Shown: piece by piece, positions 27,101-37,400 of the stretch | Position numbering within the stretch: the first letter of the stretch is position 1 | Layout: each line of letters starts with the position of its first letter | Virus record (IMG/VR): IMGVR_UViG_3300034341_000353 | Span: 1-47,702 of that record | Reading direction: 5' to 3' (one strand) | Origin: a virus | Lineage: Duplodnaviria; Caudoviricetes | Length of the DNA stretch: 47,702 bases | The notes under the pieces: generated by a model | Database searches by the model: none | What the model was told of the DNA's origin: nothing | The model's input: the letters and a program-made list of their open reading frames with translations, nothing else | Position numbers and translations under genes: made by a program

Positions 27101-29668
27101 ACTGGTGAATACAGTAAAATTTATCAAATACAAGAAGCTTACCAGCAAGGAAGACTTGGGGGTAGAGTGGCTTGTGGCTGGGTTGGTTGTGGTAGTTTAG
27201 ATACCGGGGCTCAAGACCAGCGAGTAGCTTTTGTAGCTAAGTTGAATGAAACAATAAAAGAAAATTGGTTCCCATCATCAAATGGGGATGTAAGTAAATT
27301 GACATCTTCCGATATTTCTATGCAGATAGTAACCGATGTTTATGACGGTGACAATAAGATACTTACATCTACTAATCCAGCCGTTTTTGAAACAGAACCA
27401 AAAGAAACCGCAGACCTTGACTTGTATTATGAAGCTAGTAAATCATTTGATATATCTCAGCATGGACTTAATTACGATGTTATAGATTGGTATAACGTAT
27501 ATTCTTTTGGGAACGGAGCGGAATCAAACAGGATTAGAGATGATTTTAATGCTAAAACCATAAATAAAGGAGTAAAGGTTTCAACGGTACTTGATGAACC
27601 TTATGCTTTGGAGCACAGAGGTGCTGGTTTTATATACTCTCAATTATATAACTCAACATCTGGTGTTAATAGATTGAATCAATTTATACAAGCAGAAAAG
27701 ATAACTAAAGATTTAAACCCTACATACGGAACAATTCAAAAGTTGCATGCTAGAGATACCGATTTAATAACACTTTGTGAGGACAAATGCTTCAGAGTGC
27801 TTGCTAACAAAGACGCATTATACAATGCTGATGGCAATACTCAGTTAACAGGAAACAACGCTGTATTAGGGCAAACAATTCCTTATGCTGGGGAATACGG
27901 TATATCCAAAAATCCTGAATCTTTTGCTTCTTACGCTTTTAGAAGTTATTTTGCTGATAAAAATAGAGGAGCAATAATAAGATTGTCTAGAGATGGCATA
28001 ACCGTTATATCGGAACAAGGAATGAATGACTTCTTTTCTGACAACTTATCATCATCTACAAAAATAATAGGATCTTATGATGAGGATAAAGGCTTATATA
28101 ATGTAACTCTTAATTCGCTAACTCCTTATTGGAGAAAGCATCTCAGCATAGATAAAGATTACAATTTAACCGCAGAATGCCCTACAACTGATTCTCCTGC
28201 AGAAGAAAACTTGGTATTAGAGACTACGGTTTCTTTTGACGAGCAGGTCAAAGGATGGACTAGTAGAAAAAGCTTTATACCGGAAGGTGGAATTTCGCTA
28301 AATAATACTTATTATACTTTTAAAGAAGGCTTAATTTGGGAGCATGGATTAAATAATACCTATAATAATTTTTATGAAAACCAATATTTTAGCACAGTAA
28401 ACTTAGTAATCAATGAATCTCCCCAAGCGGTTAAAGGCTATACCGCTTTAAACTATTCAGGTACCGCATCTAGAGAGCTAGAGTACGAATATAATAACAA
28501 ATGGTATTCAATAGCTGAGGTTAACGCGGGTTCTTTTGTTCCTGAATTTGTTCAAGTAAAAAAAGAAGGTTGGTATACTAATTTTATAAGAACAAATTTA
28601 GAATCAGGTGAAATAAAAGAATTTGAGAACAAAGAAGGCAAGTACTTCAACCACATAAAAGCGCTAGAGGTATGCAAAAAAGGTAAAGGTATAGGCCCTG
28701 GAACTATTGATCCCGTAGAGCAAGACTACATACTCACGTCTGGATTAAGCTGCGAAGGTATCGGCGATAGTTGCGAACAAGACCCAGTGCCAGATACTTT
28801 AGTAGAGGGATGGTGGCAGTGGAATACCAAGGGGCTTTCTAGTTCAATATTGAATGAATCGCAAGCTTCTAACGCTAAATGTATTATAGAAGATTTTCAC
28901 TTATATTTAACTGGAAATTACTCTATAATAAGTTCAATAAACTACGATCAATTCAAGTACGTGTTTGAAGACGGTTTAGTCGTTGGAACTCAGTTATATG
29001 ACAAAGACACTTTAGAGCCTATAGATGAACCAGGTACTTATTTGTTTGTAAGCAACACCGCTGGGCCAGCCCCGGATTCTCCAGCCTTAGACCCTAATAA
29101 CCCGGCAACAGTTCCTGATGCTTATATAATTGTTATAGTTACGCCAGATGGGATTATTCAATCCGTAGATCAATACAATACATTACCGCCTTGTGCATCC
29201 ACGCCTGATATGGGGCCTTTAAAACTAGCTAAAGGGTATTACAATAATGTTCAAAGCTACAGTACATCTGGAGGTGTTACATCTGCAATATGCGGGATGA
29301 AAGAGTCTATAACAGCTTGGACAACTTCACCTTTGCTTGTCTGCGGGCCTGGAAATCCGTCGCCCCCTAATTGTAAAAACAAAGGGTACTTCTCTAAAGA
29401 AGTTTATTGGTATAGTTCTCAGTCTGTAGATTTACAGATAGGTGTCACTATATACTTTTACAGTAACGGTTCTCAACAGTATTCCCCTTATAGTAACACA
29501 ACCGCCTTGTATAGGCTTAATACAGGTGGGGTTGGAGTGCCTTATAGTCAAGATCTGTGGGAAGATCTATCTCTGTTCGGAGATGAATGGTATTTTATCG
29601 TAACAGACTCAAACGGCACTATCACAACAATGACACAAGTAAACACTATACAAGATCCAACATGCTAA
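24137..29668 (+). CDS. Large tail stabilisation/muzzle protein (P22 gp10/crAss muzzle-like) with insertions
   Basis: GKMNKDLDERLVPQGEYRDALN, FWTDNQTEPKKIN, FAYRWKY, GNRIVYGNY, YGISKNPESF and KEGKYF motifs. Confidence 0.75.
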   Translation: MPEFTHLFNAGKMNKDLDERLVPQGEYRDALNLDLANSENGNSGALQNVEGNTQLRKNNKNLTWVSNYIDQLINPKCIGVYRNDINEKIYWFISARMDVGATNVAVSAIAEYNQVNGSISPVLVDTKGILNFNEAYLITGINIIDKFLFWTDNQTEPKKINIDKFKTGSVNFVTHTKIPIYNQDAEVYQSNIVGQPDFLEEDVTVIKKSPLNPPVLDMGASKFGADIPGTGVDYLRTQYDVNEQQNFTYRADTTQDPPTQPVPIDTYGQYLANIGEDPNYYNNSSLGGNWNGEITFDILAPPSYGIVNGQAVWQDGDVLSLRASYIDDFNNQYEYQARFVIATNGVNGDSITVRIQSISSDVNRFFNDDGDDLLITWEIVLEEKAPLFEYSFPRFAYRWKYIDNEYSCFSPFSEVAFIPNKFEYISSDGYNIGMTNNIRKLIVSNFSWGSEEVVELDVLYKADDSNAVYVVDTIKRNDSTLPSGDLVDYFEIKNELIGSIVESNQLLRPWDNVPLKAKAQEIIGNRIVYGNYLQNYTVGTVRLDTQVLESPHPSRTPEYLIPGTENQYTNNQFTGDAEPSLKSIRTYQVGVVYKDEFGRETPVFSSQNSSTYIDISKSCNVTQLTAKIFTSPPAFATHYKYFVKETSTPYYNLALDRFYPAEDGNIWLSFPSSERNKLDEETYLILKKQHDNSEPVEDLNRYKVLAIENEAPEFVSNFKKTLFSGTVELLSEAGPGFLTVRVEGPSLQSNPNFGNNLSSSNQVIFEKGGFETNAYGIEKAGSAYNSAGGSSPVVYSIKLKDPLAGDAAWMENLNSGDTMDITLFVEESKSLPEFEGRFFAKINRDFAFDENIIKTFSALQKRYVVLDEIKPFIRTATGETNANNHKYFWLDTGNRHTNSCPPNSCSSDWSRYQSQGPGAWGGVGTSLNTIIRDNYKPPMQYNDWFGYSFVGQRSGYIDDFSGTVQDGFNQMGGAYFDAGSYIRFVNNSTGEYSKIYQIQEAYQQGRLGGRVACGWVGCGSLDTGAQDQRVAFVAKLNETIKENWFPSSNGDVSKLTSSDISMQIVTDVYDGDNKILTSTNPAVFETEPKETADLDLYYEASKSFDISQHGLNYDVIDWYNVYSFGNGAESNRIRDDFNAKTINKGVKVSTVLDEPYALEHRGAGFIYSQLYNSTSGVNRLNQFIQAEKITKDLNPTYGTIQKLHARDTDLITLCEDKCFRVLANKDALYNADGNTQLTGNNAVLGQTIPYAGEYGISKNPESFASYAFRSYFADKNRGAIIRLSRDGITVISEQGMNDFFSDNLSSSTKIIGSYDEDKGLYNVTLNSLTPYWRKHLSIDKDYNLTAECPTTDSPAEENLVLETTVSFDEQVKGWTSRKSFIPEGGISLNNTYYTFKEGLIWEHGLNNTYNNFYENQYFSTVNLVINESPQAVKGYTALNYSGTASRELEYEYNNKWYSIAEVNAGSFVPEFVQVKKEGWYTNFIRTNLESGEIKEFENKEGKYFNHIKALEVCKKGKGIGPGTIDPVEQDYILTSGLSCEGIGDSCEQDPVPDTLVEGWWQWNTKGLSSSILNESQASNAKCIIEDFHLYLTGNYSIISSINYDQFKYVFEDGLVVGTQLYDKDTLEPIDEPGTYLFVSNTAGPAPDSPALDPNNPATVPDAYIIVIVTPDGIIQSVDQYNTLPPCASTPDMGPLKLAKGYYNNVQSYSTSGGVTSAICGMKESITAWTTSPLLVCGPGNPSPPNCKNKGYFSKEVYWYSSQSVDLQIGVTIYFYSNGSQQYSPYSNTTALYRLNTGGVGVPYSQDLWEDLSLFGDEWYFIVTDSNGTITTMTQVNTIQDPTC

Positions 29669-31668
29669 CACCTAACAATAATTATACAATAACATCGGTA
29701 GAGTACATAATACCAGAAAACTCCGTTATTACAGAGGAAATAGGGCAGACCTATATGGAGCTAATAATTGTGCCAGATACAGGATATACAGTAGAAGCGG
29801 CTAATTTTAGCTTAGCTACACCACCTAATGCAACCTATGTTACTAGTGTTGTTTTTAGCCAAGCGGGCGACAACGTATTAGTTATTATTAATTTAGTTCC
29901 TTCCGCTACTATGCCTGAGGGCAATTTATATTTGGGTATATGTATTAGTGGAAGAGCCTGTTTAAGTGAATCGGGAATTGGAGGTATATACAACACAGAT
30001 GTAGATACTCAAATAACACCTTCTAGTGAATCTAACGTACCTTATAATGCCTCTGGAGACGCTGGCAACTTAGTTACTCTGTTTTCTAAAACATTCACAG
30101 CTAACTCAAACTTTTATATAATAGGAGCGGATGTTGCTTTAACGCAAGGCAACGCTGCTAATTATTCTTTCGAAGAGAACGCCCAGTTTAACTCTCAAGG
30201 TTTAATGACTAGTATTACCTATGTGGTTAAATATTTGTTTGGGACTTCAACTATTTCTGGTGATGTTATAGACTTCACTTTAAGATCAAAGTTGCTACCA
30301 ACTGTACAACCTATAGTAATATCAAGTTATTCTGAATTACCTAGTTTCGTGGAAGCAACCGGTGAAAATAAACCTTTTACTGTTTTTGGGCAAGACGGAG
30401 CCGTGTATAGCATATCGATGACCAACGGCATAGACACTATAAACATTGCACAAAACGATACCATGGGTGTTAGCGGTCAAAGAACGTATATTATAGAATT
30501 TCCAGTTTGGTCGGGAAGCGGGTATACAGAATGGCAAATTTCATTAACAGGAGATTTAGCAAACCCATTTTCACAGCCTTTGCCAATTACTGTAAGGCAA
30601 TATGCGGATGTAGAGTTAACGGTTACCGGAGCATCCACAAATCCAAATATATCTTATAACTCATCGCAAGTATTCTCTGTGCCAGCATTTCAAATCACTA
30701 ATCCCCCTGTGTTTGTTACAGACATAGAAGCTACTATTGACATCGCTGCTTCAGAAAACATATCGATCACTCCTTTTGCATTGGGTAAATTTAGAGAAGA
30801 AATAGCTGTTAACGGTGGATTTGATGGACCTGTTACAAACGCTTCTGTTTTAAACTTTACTTTATTAGAAGAAAATTATGGTAGCCTTCAGGTTGGGGAT
30901 AAATTTAATTTTTCTACTTACGACCCACTAAATAACAATAATAACGAGGCTCCTTTTGTTTATACTGTAACATCAATAAATGGTAGCCTTCCTAATTTAA
31001 GTGTAGGTATAACACCCCCGCTTACTACTACAGCTGTTGGGGGTGGTGTTTCTTTTTTTAGAACAAACGGTAATGTAAGCAACGGACCCACTGCAATAAC
31101 AATGCAACAAATCAGCCCTACTAGCATTTCTTTACATTATAACTTTATATTAAACAGATCTGGTGATGCTGACGCTACGTTCACCTTTGACTTAGATGAT
31201 ATAGTTACAGTGACACCTGCATTGTTTGGCCCATTTGTTTTAAATTACAATTCTAAATTTAGTGTAACGGGAGCGTGCTGTGGTCAAACCACAACTATCG
31301 TTTATTTAAACACCGCCTCTTTATCTACGGCAACAGAGATGTATTTGAATGTACCAGGTAATCCACCAGCAACACTTAGCGGAACATATTCTGATGGGAG
31401 CATTTACAGAAATTACGACGGACAAACAGGTTTATTCCTTACCCCCGCTATTAATTGCCCAGGCTGTTCACAATCTTTATTTTTGTGTTATGCAGCTAAA
31501 TCAGCTTACGATGTTTGTTGTAATAACGCTTCTACAGTTCAAGTATGGGTTGCTCAAGGAGAAACTTTTGCTAACAATTCAGGGTTGTATCAAGATTCTT
31601 CTTTAACTATCCCTGCGCCAAACGGATTCTATAGCGACAATACTTGTTTTAATCAACCAATACCTTAA
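29662..31668 (+). CDS. Tail-associated beta-rich protein with Cys-bounded C-terminal modules
   Basis: Probable start ATG 29662 (MLTPNNNYTIT), overlapping the upstream stop; Ig-like T/S/V-rich repeats and two ACC/VCC...YSD modules. Confidence 0.65.
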   Translation: MLTPNNNYTITSVEYIIPENSVITEEIGQTYMELIIVPDTGYTVEAANFSLATPPNATYVTSVVFSQAGDNVLVIINLVPSATMPEGNLYLGICISGRACLSESGIGGIYNTDVDTQITPSSESNVPYNASGDAGNLVTLFSKTFTANSNFYIIGADVALTQGNAANYSFEENAQFNSQGLMTSITYVVKYLFGTSTISGDVIDFTLRSKLLPTVQPIVISSYSELPSFVEATGENKPFTVFGQDGAVYSISMTNGIDTINIAQNDTMGVSGQRTYIIEFPVWSGSGYTEWQISLTGDLANPFSQPLPITVRQYADVELTVTGASTNPNISYNSSQVFSVPAFQITNPPVFVTDIEATIDIAASENISITPFALGKFREEIAVNGGFDGPVTNASVLNFTLLEENYGSLQVGDKFNFSTYDPLNNNNNEAPFVYTVTSINGSLPNLSVGITPPLTTTAVGGGVSFFRTNGNVSNGPTAITMQQISPTSISLHYNFILNRSGDADATFTFDLDDIVTVTPALFGPFVLNYNSKFSVTGACCGQTTTIVYLNTASLSTATEMYLNVPGNPPATLSGTYSDGSIYRNYDGQTGLFLTPAINCPGCSQSLFLCYAAKSAYDVCCNNASTVQVWVAQGETFANNSGLYQDSSLTIPAPNGFYSDNTCFNQPIP

Positions 31669-31672
31669 TAAA

Positions 31673-32032
31673 ATGTCATTAAATAACACATTTAGAGAAC
31701 AAACATCTAGTGGACTAGGTGTTGAAACAGCCTGCCCTCAATGCGGTATAACTCCCCCAACATTTACTTCATACGAGGTGAAAACGTGCAGCAACACCGG
31801 AACGTATTATGTTTCGAGAACAGATGCTTTTTTTGGAAGCAACCAAGTAATAAATTCTAATACTTACTCTATAGGTCAAGTTGTTTGGGTAACAGCTACT
31901 GCTTCTGGACCTAGACTTTGTGCAGAAATAACTGACATAAATATAGATCAGGAACCTACTTTATATGTTGATATACAAAGCGGACCGTGGTCTGTGTGTA
32001 ACCAATGTTTTGATCCTAACTCAACCCCTTAA
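31673..32032 (+). CDS. Small Cys-rich tail-associated protein
   Basis: CPQC...C...CAEI...CNQC. Confidence 0.55.
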   Translation: MSLNNTFREQTSSGLGVETACPQCGITPPTFTSYEVKTCSNTGTYYVSRTDAFFGSNQVINSNTYSIGQVVWVTATASGPRLCAEITDINIDQEPTLYVDIQSGPWSVCNQCFDPNSTP

Positions 32033-32034
32033 AT

Positions 32035-32379
32035 ATGATTGATATAAATATTACATTCAGCACAAGCGCTGTACCTAATGGAATGCAAGTACAGGACATA
32101 ATATGGTACGTAGACGGTAATACTGGTTCGGAAATACAAGTTGGACCTATAGTATCAATAACTACAGATCCAACAGATAATTTAACTTACGTTTTAGTTA
32201 CAGCTCCTCCAGGTGTGGCTCCGCCATCTTCTGGTGATTTTATATTCTATGTAAAAAATCCTATAGTGGAGGTTAGCTCTTTAAAGGGATATTTTGCGGA
32301 AACGCAATTTATAAACAAATCCACAGAATACGCTGAGTTGTTTGCTGTTGCCAGCGAGGTATTTGAAAGTAGCAAATAA
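32035..32379 (+). CDS. Tail structural protein (resembles the C-terminal segment of muzzle proteins)
   Basis: GDFIFYVKN...LKGYFAE...AELFAVASEVFESSK. Confidence 0.55.
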   Translation: MIDINITFSTSAVPNGMQVQDIIWYVDGNTGSEIQVGPIVSITTDPTDNLTYVLVTAPPGVAPPSSGDFIFYVKNPIVEVSSLKGYFAETQFINKSTEYAELFAVASEVFESSK

Positions 32380-32412
32380 TACGTAATAATAAAACTATAA
32401 AAACTTAATATA

Positions 32413-33042
32413 ATGGTAGGACAAATAATAGGAGGATTAACTGGTATAGCCAGTGGTATCATAGGTTCTAAAAAAAGAAAAAAAGAACAAAGGGAAGCCC
32501 AAGCTGAGTTTAATAGAAACAAAGCTAAATTTGAAATGCAAGACACTTCAAATGTATATACAAATATGCAAAACACAATGGAGGATCTAACCGTGAATCA
32601 AGAACAGGCGCAATTTCAAGCAGAGCAAGCTAATCAAGGCCTGGTTAACATAATGGGTAATCTTCAAGGAGCAGCTGGAGGTTCTGGTATTGCGGCTTTA
32701 GCTCAGTCACTGGCTGGTCAACAACAGCAACAAGTGAGACAAGCATCTATTGACATAGGTAGACAAGAACAGTCTAACCAAATGGCTGAAAGACAACAGG
32801 CTGCTAACTTACAATTATATGAAAAGAAAGGGGAATTAATATCAAGGGATGCGGAAAACGAAAAGCAATCTACACTATTAGGCATGTCTCAACAAAGACT
32901 AGGTGCAGCAAACAAAGCTAGACAGGACGCAACGAATGCAATAGTTGGTGGAATTGGTGGAGTTGTTGGTGGAGCTGCCGGTATAATTGGAGGACTGCCT
33001 AGTATGCAAGGTACTCCAATGGGGGACATCCTGAATTCCTAA
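32413..33042 (+). CDS. Internal virion/ejection protein
   Basis: Gly-rich hydrophobic ends (IIGGLTGIASGIIG; IVGGIGGVVGGAAGIIGG) flanking a Gln/Ala coiled coil, as in DNA-transfer/pilot proteins. Confidence 0.7.
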   Translation: MVGQIIGGLTGIASGIIGSKKRKKEQREAQAEFNRNKAKFEMQDTSNVYTNMQNTMEDLTVNQEQAQFQAEQANQGLVNIMGNLQGAAGGSGIAALAQSLAGQQQQQVRQASIDIGRQEQSNQMAERQQAANLQLYEKKGELISRDAENEKQSTLLGMSQQRLGAANKARQDATNAIVGGIGGVVGGAAGIIGGLPSMQGTPMGDILNS

Positions 33043-33055
33043 TAAAATATAGATT

Positions 33056-34429
33056 ATGGCGAATAAATCATTAATTGACGGAGCTGCTCTAGTTGGAGCA
33101 AGTAAACAATCCACCTGGGGAAGAGCCTTTCAAGAAGGGCTAGGCAATAGTTTAGCGGCGGTTGCACAAAGCAGAGCCGTGCAGCAAGCAAAAAAAGCTC
33201 AAATAAACAGTAAGGTTGCGAACTACATAGACACTTTAAATTCAGAATTTGATGTTACTCAGTTAACACCTGAACAACAAGGTTCTGTTCAAAATTATTT
33301 AGTAGAACAAAAAAGGGTATATGCAGATACAGCTATGAGAGTAGCAAAGTTAGACGCGGATAACCCGATGTATATGGAAGGCGTTAGCCAGTTGAATCGC
33401 ATAAAGTCTAACTTTACAAATCTTGCAGCGGAATTAAATGCTTTTAAAGAAGACAAAGTGAATTATGTCAAAGATTTTGACAACGGCATGTTATCCGATG
33501 GAAATAAAATAGGCACATTAAGTAATGCTTCTGGAATATATACAGGAGAAAGCACTATGAGTATTGGTCAAGGAGGAGGTATAAACTTTTGGAATGAAGA
33601 TAGTGGTGAGTTTAAATCATACAGACAAACAAAGAAGCCTTTTCTAAAAGACTTCGAAGCTGCTGATAGCATAATGAAAATAAATGAAAATGTTTATAAT
33701 TCAGGTAAGGTATTGCAGGGCGCTAGAAAAAATATGGTACGCCAGCAAGTTAGTCAGCTTATAGATAAAGGAGGTAGAAATAGTTTGTTATCATTAGCCT
33801 CTGACGACTTTGTAGTGCAGGGTGGATTGAATTTAGAAGATCCCTCTTTATTTGAGCCAGAGAATGAAGCATTGTTAAAAGATGCGGTTCTTAATAGCTA
33901 TATGAATGCTTTTACGGATTCTTCTATACAGGGAGCTAACGATAAAAGGCCTTCTAGCAGAAGAGGCACTGGTGGGTACAGCGGAGCAGTCCGTGATGAA
34001 ATTAATTTAGGTGGCGCAAGAGCACAGGAAGCACTTCAGCTATCTCAAACAACAATTGGAGACCCTACCTCTATAGCTAGGACAGCTAATGCATTTGATC
34101 CCACTGAGAAGAATATAAAATACATAAGTAGAGCGGAATTTTATCAACAATACCTACAAGGACAAGACGTTAAAGACAACGCTGAAACACAAAAGGCATT
34201 TTCTGACATGTATGGTAACTCTGAATTATTTAGATATAATTACAGCAATCCTTCTTACTCAAGAGGAATAAATGTAGATGTAAATGACCCTCAGTCTATT
34301 TATAGGTTTTATATACAGAACTCAGACTTTAGTGGTAAGGCACAAGATCACTTTATAAATAACTACCCATCTAATAATAATAAACCTTCCGGAAGCAATA
34401 CAAATTCAGGATCATTAGATAATCTTTAA
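33056..34429 (+). CDS. Putative ejection protein
   Basis: Helical 457-aa ORF between the pilot-like protein and the giant protein. Confidence 0.55.
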   Translation: MANKSLIDGAALVGASKQSTWGRAFQEGLGNSLAAVAQSRAVQQAKKAQINSKVANYIDTLNSEFDVTQLTPEQQGSVQNYLVEQKRVYADTAMRVAKLDADNPMYMEGVSQLNRIKSNFTNLAAELNAFKEDKVNYVKDFDNGMLSDGNKIGTLSNASGIYTGESTMSIGQGGGINFWNEDSGEFKSYRQTKKPFLKDFEAADSIMKINENVYNSGKVLQGARKNMVRQQVSQLIDKGGRNSLLSLASDDFVVQGGLNLEDPSLFEPENEALLKDAVLNSYMNAFTDSSIQGANDKRPSSRRGTGGYSGAVRDEINLGGARAQEALQLSQTTIGDPTSIARTANAFDPTEKNIKYISRAEFYQQYLQGQDVKDNAETQKAFSDMYGNSELFRYNYSNPSYSRGINVDVNDPQSIYRFYIQNSDFSGKAQDHFINNYPSNNNKPSGSNTNSGSLDNL

Positions 34430-34433
34430 TTAA

Positions 34434-37400
34434 ATGGAAAAATTATTCGAAGCGCTACAAGCTAGCGGACAATACACTAAATCTTTTTCAGACTTTCAAT
34501 CACAATTTGGAAGTTTAGAAGGCCAAGAAAAACTATACGGTGCTTTAAAAGAATCAGGGAGTTATACTAAATCTATGAATGATTTTACTTCTCAGTTTTT
34601 TAATACAGCAGAACCAGTAAAGACAAACGACTCTGCAAGTGCGGATCCAGCTGTGGAGTCAAATCAAAACGCTACGGGATCACAATCGGAAAAACCTTTA
34701 TCGGCTTGGCAATCAATTAAAAATTCTTTCTCCAACGTAGGAGAACAGGTTGGGGATGTTTTTGAATTTTGGTTTGATACAAACGAAGAAGAAGGCGGGG
34801 GCGCAAGAGCATCTTTAGACATAGCTACTAATACTGTATATGCTGGAATATTCGGACAAGACAAAGTAGATGAATATGTTAAAAAGCATGGCGAAGATTC
34901 TTGGGTGGCTCAAGGCCTTGGAACTAAAAGCACTTTAGAATCTATTGAGAAATATAAGAAAGAACAACTTGAAAGCAAAGACACCCTTGGCATAATTGAA
35001 AGCGTAAAAAAAGGAGATGTAAGCGGAGCTCTTGCAGGAGGGGTAAATGCTTTAACTTCTATGATAGGTAGTGTTATTTACGGAGCAGGTACACTAGGTA
35101 CTGGGTTTTTTATGGATTATACAGCTGAAAACTTCGTAGAGTACAATAAGTTAAAAGCTGAAAATCTAGGCGTTAGCTTTGATGAACTCGTACAATCAGG
35201 AGAAGCAGACAACGCAATACCCGTGGGTATGGGAGTTATTTCTACCGGATTAGAGTTTATTGGATTAGGGACGGTTGCTAAAGGTGTTAAAGGAGCTGTG
35301 AAAGGAACAGGGCCTACAGGATTAGTTGGCATGGGCAGTAAGTACCTTGCCCAAAAACTAATATATAATAAAGGGGCTAGAAGTACCATGAGGATGTTTT
35401 CAACAGGTGCTACTGAGTTTACTACAGAAATACTACAGCATGCCGCTGATAAGGTTAACATAGAATACGGTAGGGTTGCTGGCACAGATAACGAAGCGGA
35501 AGTATTTAAAACAGTTATAGATGCTGTTACTAGTCAAGAAGGTTTAGAAGCGGGGCTTCAAGGATTTATTGGTGGTGGAGGAATGGTTGCAGGTAGTTAT
35601 TCTGCAAAATCTATGAACACTATAAGAACAGTAGTTGACGGTGATAAAATAGATAAAAATATAAATGAATTATCTGTACTTAGAAAAAAATTCAATGCTA
35701 CCGATAATAAATTAGTTAAAGAAGGCATCCAATCGCAGATTAATGAAAAAGAATCTGAAATTGCAGACTCAGTTAGAAAAGGCAACGATATATACAATAG
35801 CTTAGACGATAAACAAATTAGCAAAATTGAAAGCTTAACTGACTTAGCAGACGCCGCTGCGTTTAAAACAACGGAACTTAATAAGCAATTTAGAAAAAAC
35901 GAAATTAGCGAAAGCCAATATGCTTCAGCTATGGAAGGTTTTAAATCTGAGTATGATGGAGCACGTCAGCAACTTATTGACATGAACCTTGAGCAAAATA
36001 TAGAATCTGCAAAGACTATAGCTAAAGAAAAAGGCTTGGAAATGGATGTTTTTACAACAGCCGAGGTTGAGTCTTTAATGAATAGCGATAAAGTAAGTGA
36101 AGAAACTAGAAAAACTTACTTTGATAACAAAGACAACGGATTTGATATATCTGCTTTTGCTATTGGCAACAAGATAGTTATAGATAAAGATATAGCTAGA
36201 AAAACAGGTTCAATTAACGCGGGAATGCACGAAGTACTACATCCAGTGCTTAATAAGCTTATTGGAGGCGTTAAAGAACAAGGTAAAATGGTTCGTCAAT
36301 TTAGAAAATCGATGACCTCTTCTCAAAGAAATTTTGTTGACGCTAAAATGAAAGAGAGAGGATATACAGGGAAAGCATATAATACGGAATATGTTAATGT
36401 ATTTTCTGATGCGCTTCGTAAAAAACAAATTAACTACGATAAGACAACATTTGAAAAAATAGGTGACGCCATAGTGGGCCTTTTTAAACCTGTAGGTTAT
36501 ACCAACATAGGTTTTGAATCCGGTAAAGATGTATACAACTTCATTAAAGAGTTTGACCAAAGTGCCGAACAAGGTAAACTAACGTCAAAAGCAGCTGCCG
36601 CTCTTAAAGATGTTGATTTAAGCGATGCTGGGTTACAAGACGGAATTAAGTTTTCTAAAACCGTAGAGGAAGCCCAGGCTAATTTAGAAGACGCTCAAAA
36701 TGCAGATCCAAATGATCCTAGGTATTTTGATAACTTAGATGCTGCTGAAGCGGCGCTAGATGCTGCAGAGGAAGCCGCGGCAAATCCACAAGCTGTTGTT
36801 GAAACTACTCCAAAACCTAAAGCAAAGCCAAAAGTTAAAAAAGAAAGACCTGTTAAGCCGACAAGAACAACGGACTTAGGGCCTAGAGATCCGTTATCAC
36901 AAAAAATAATGGACCAGTATAATGTAGGCATGTATGGTATTGAAAGAAAAGAATACACCGCTAGTAAACCTTTACCTGCTCCAGTAGAACGTAAGTTGGT
37001 ACCAATGTTTGAGGGCTATATCAATACTATTGTTCAACAAAAGTTTAAACAATTTGCGCCTGAAGCTTTAGAGTTTCAAGATGCTTTGGCTATACTAAGA
37101 GCAGAAGTGATTGCTGCTATCCGTACATACAACCCTGCCAAGAACAAAGATTTAGCTGGGTATGTAAAAAAGATAGTGCAGACTAGACAGTCCTTAATGT
37201 TTAAAGAAGCTAACAAGGAATTTACTAGTGATATATCAGATGCTAAAGGTGTTATCGCTACTAAAGATACTCAATCAATAGATAGAAGCGGTAATGTAGA
37301 AAGAGGTCAACGTACTTTTGATGAGCTAGATATAGTAGATCAAGATTTAATAGATGATATTAAAGCTGATTTAGAAAAAGAAATAAGAGTAAGGGTACAA

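Noticed and set aside
29587-29661. Track start of the 693-aa ORF at 29587
   Set aside because: It would overlap the upstream gene by 82 nt with an atypical peptide; ATG 29662 fits the coupling pattern better.
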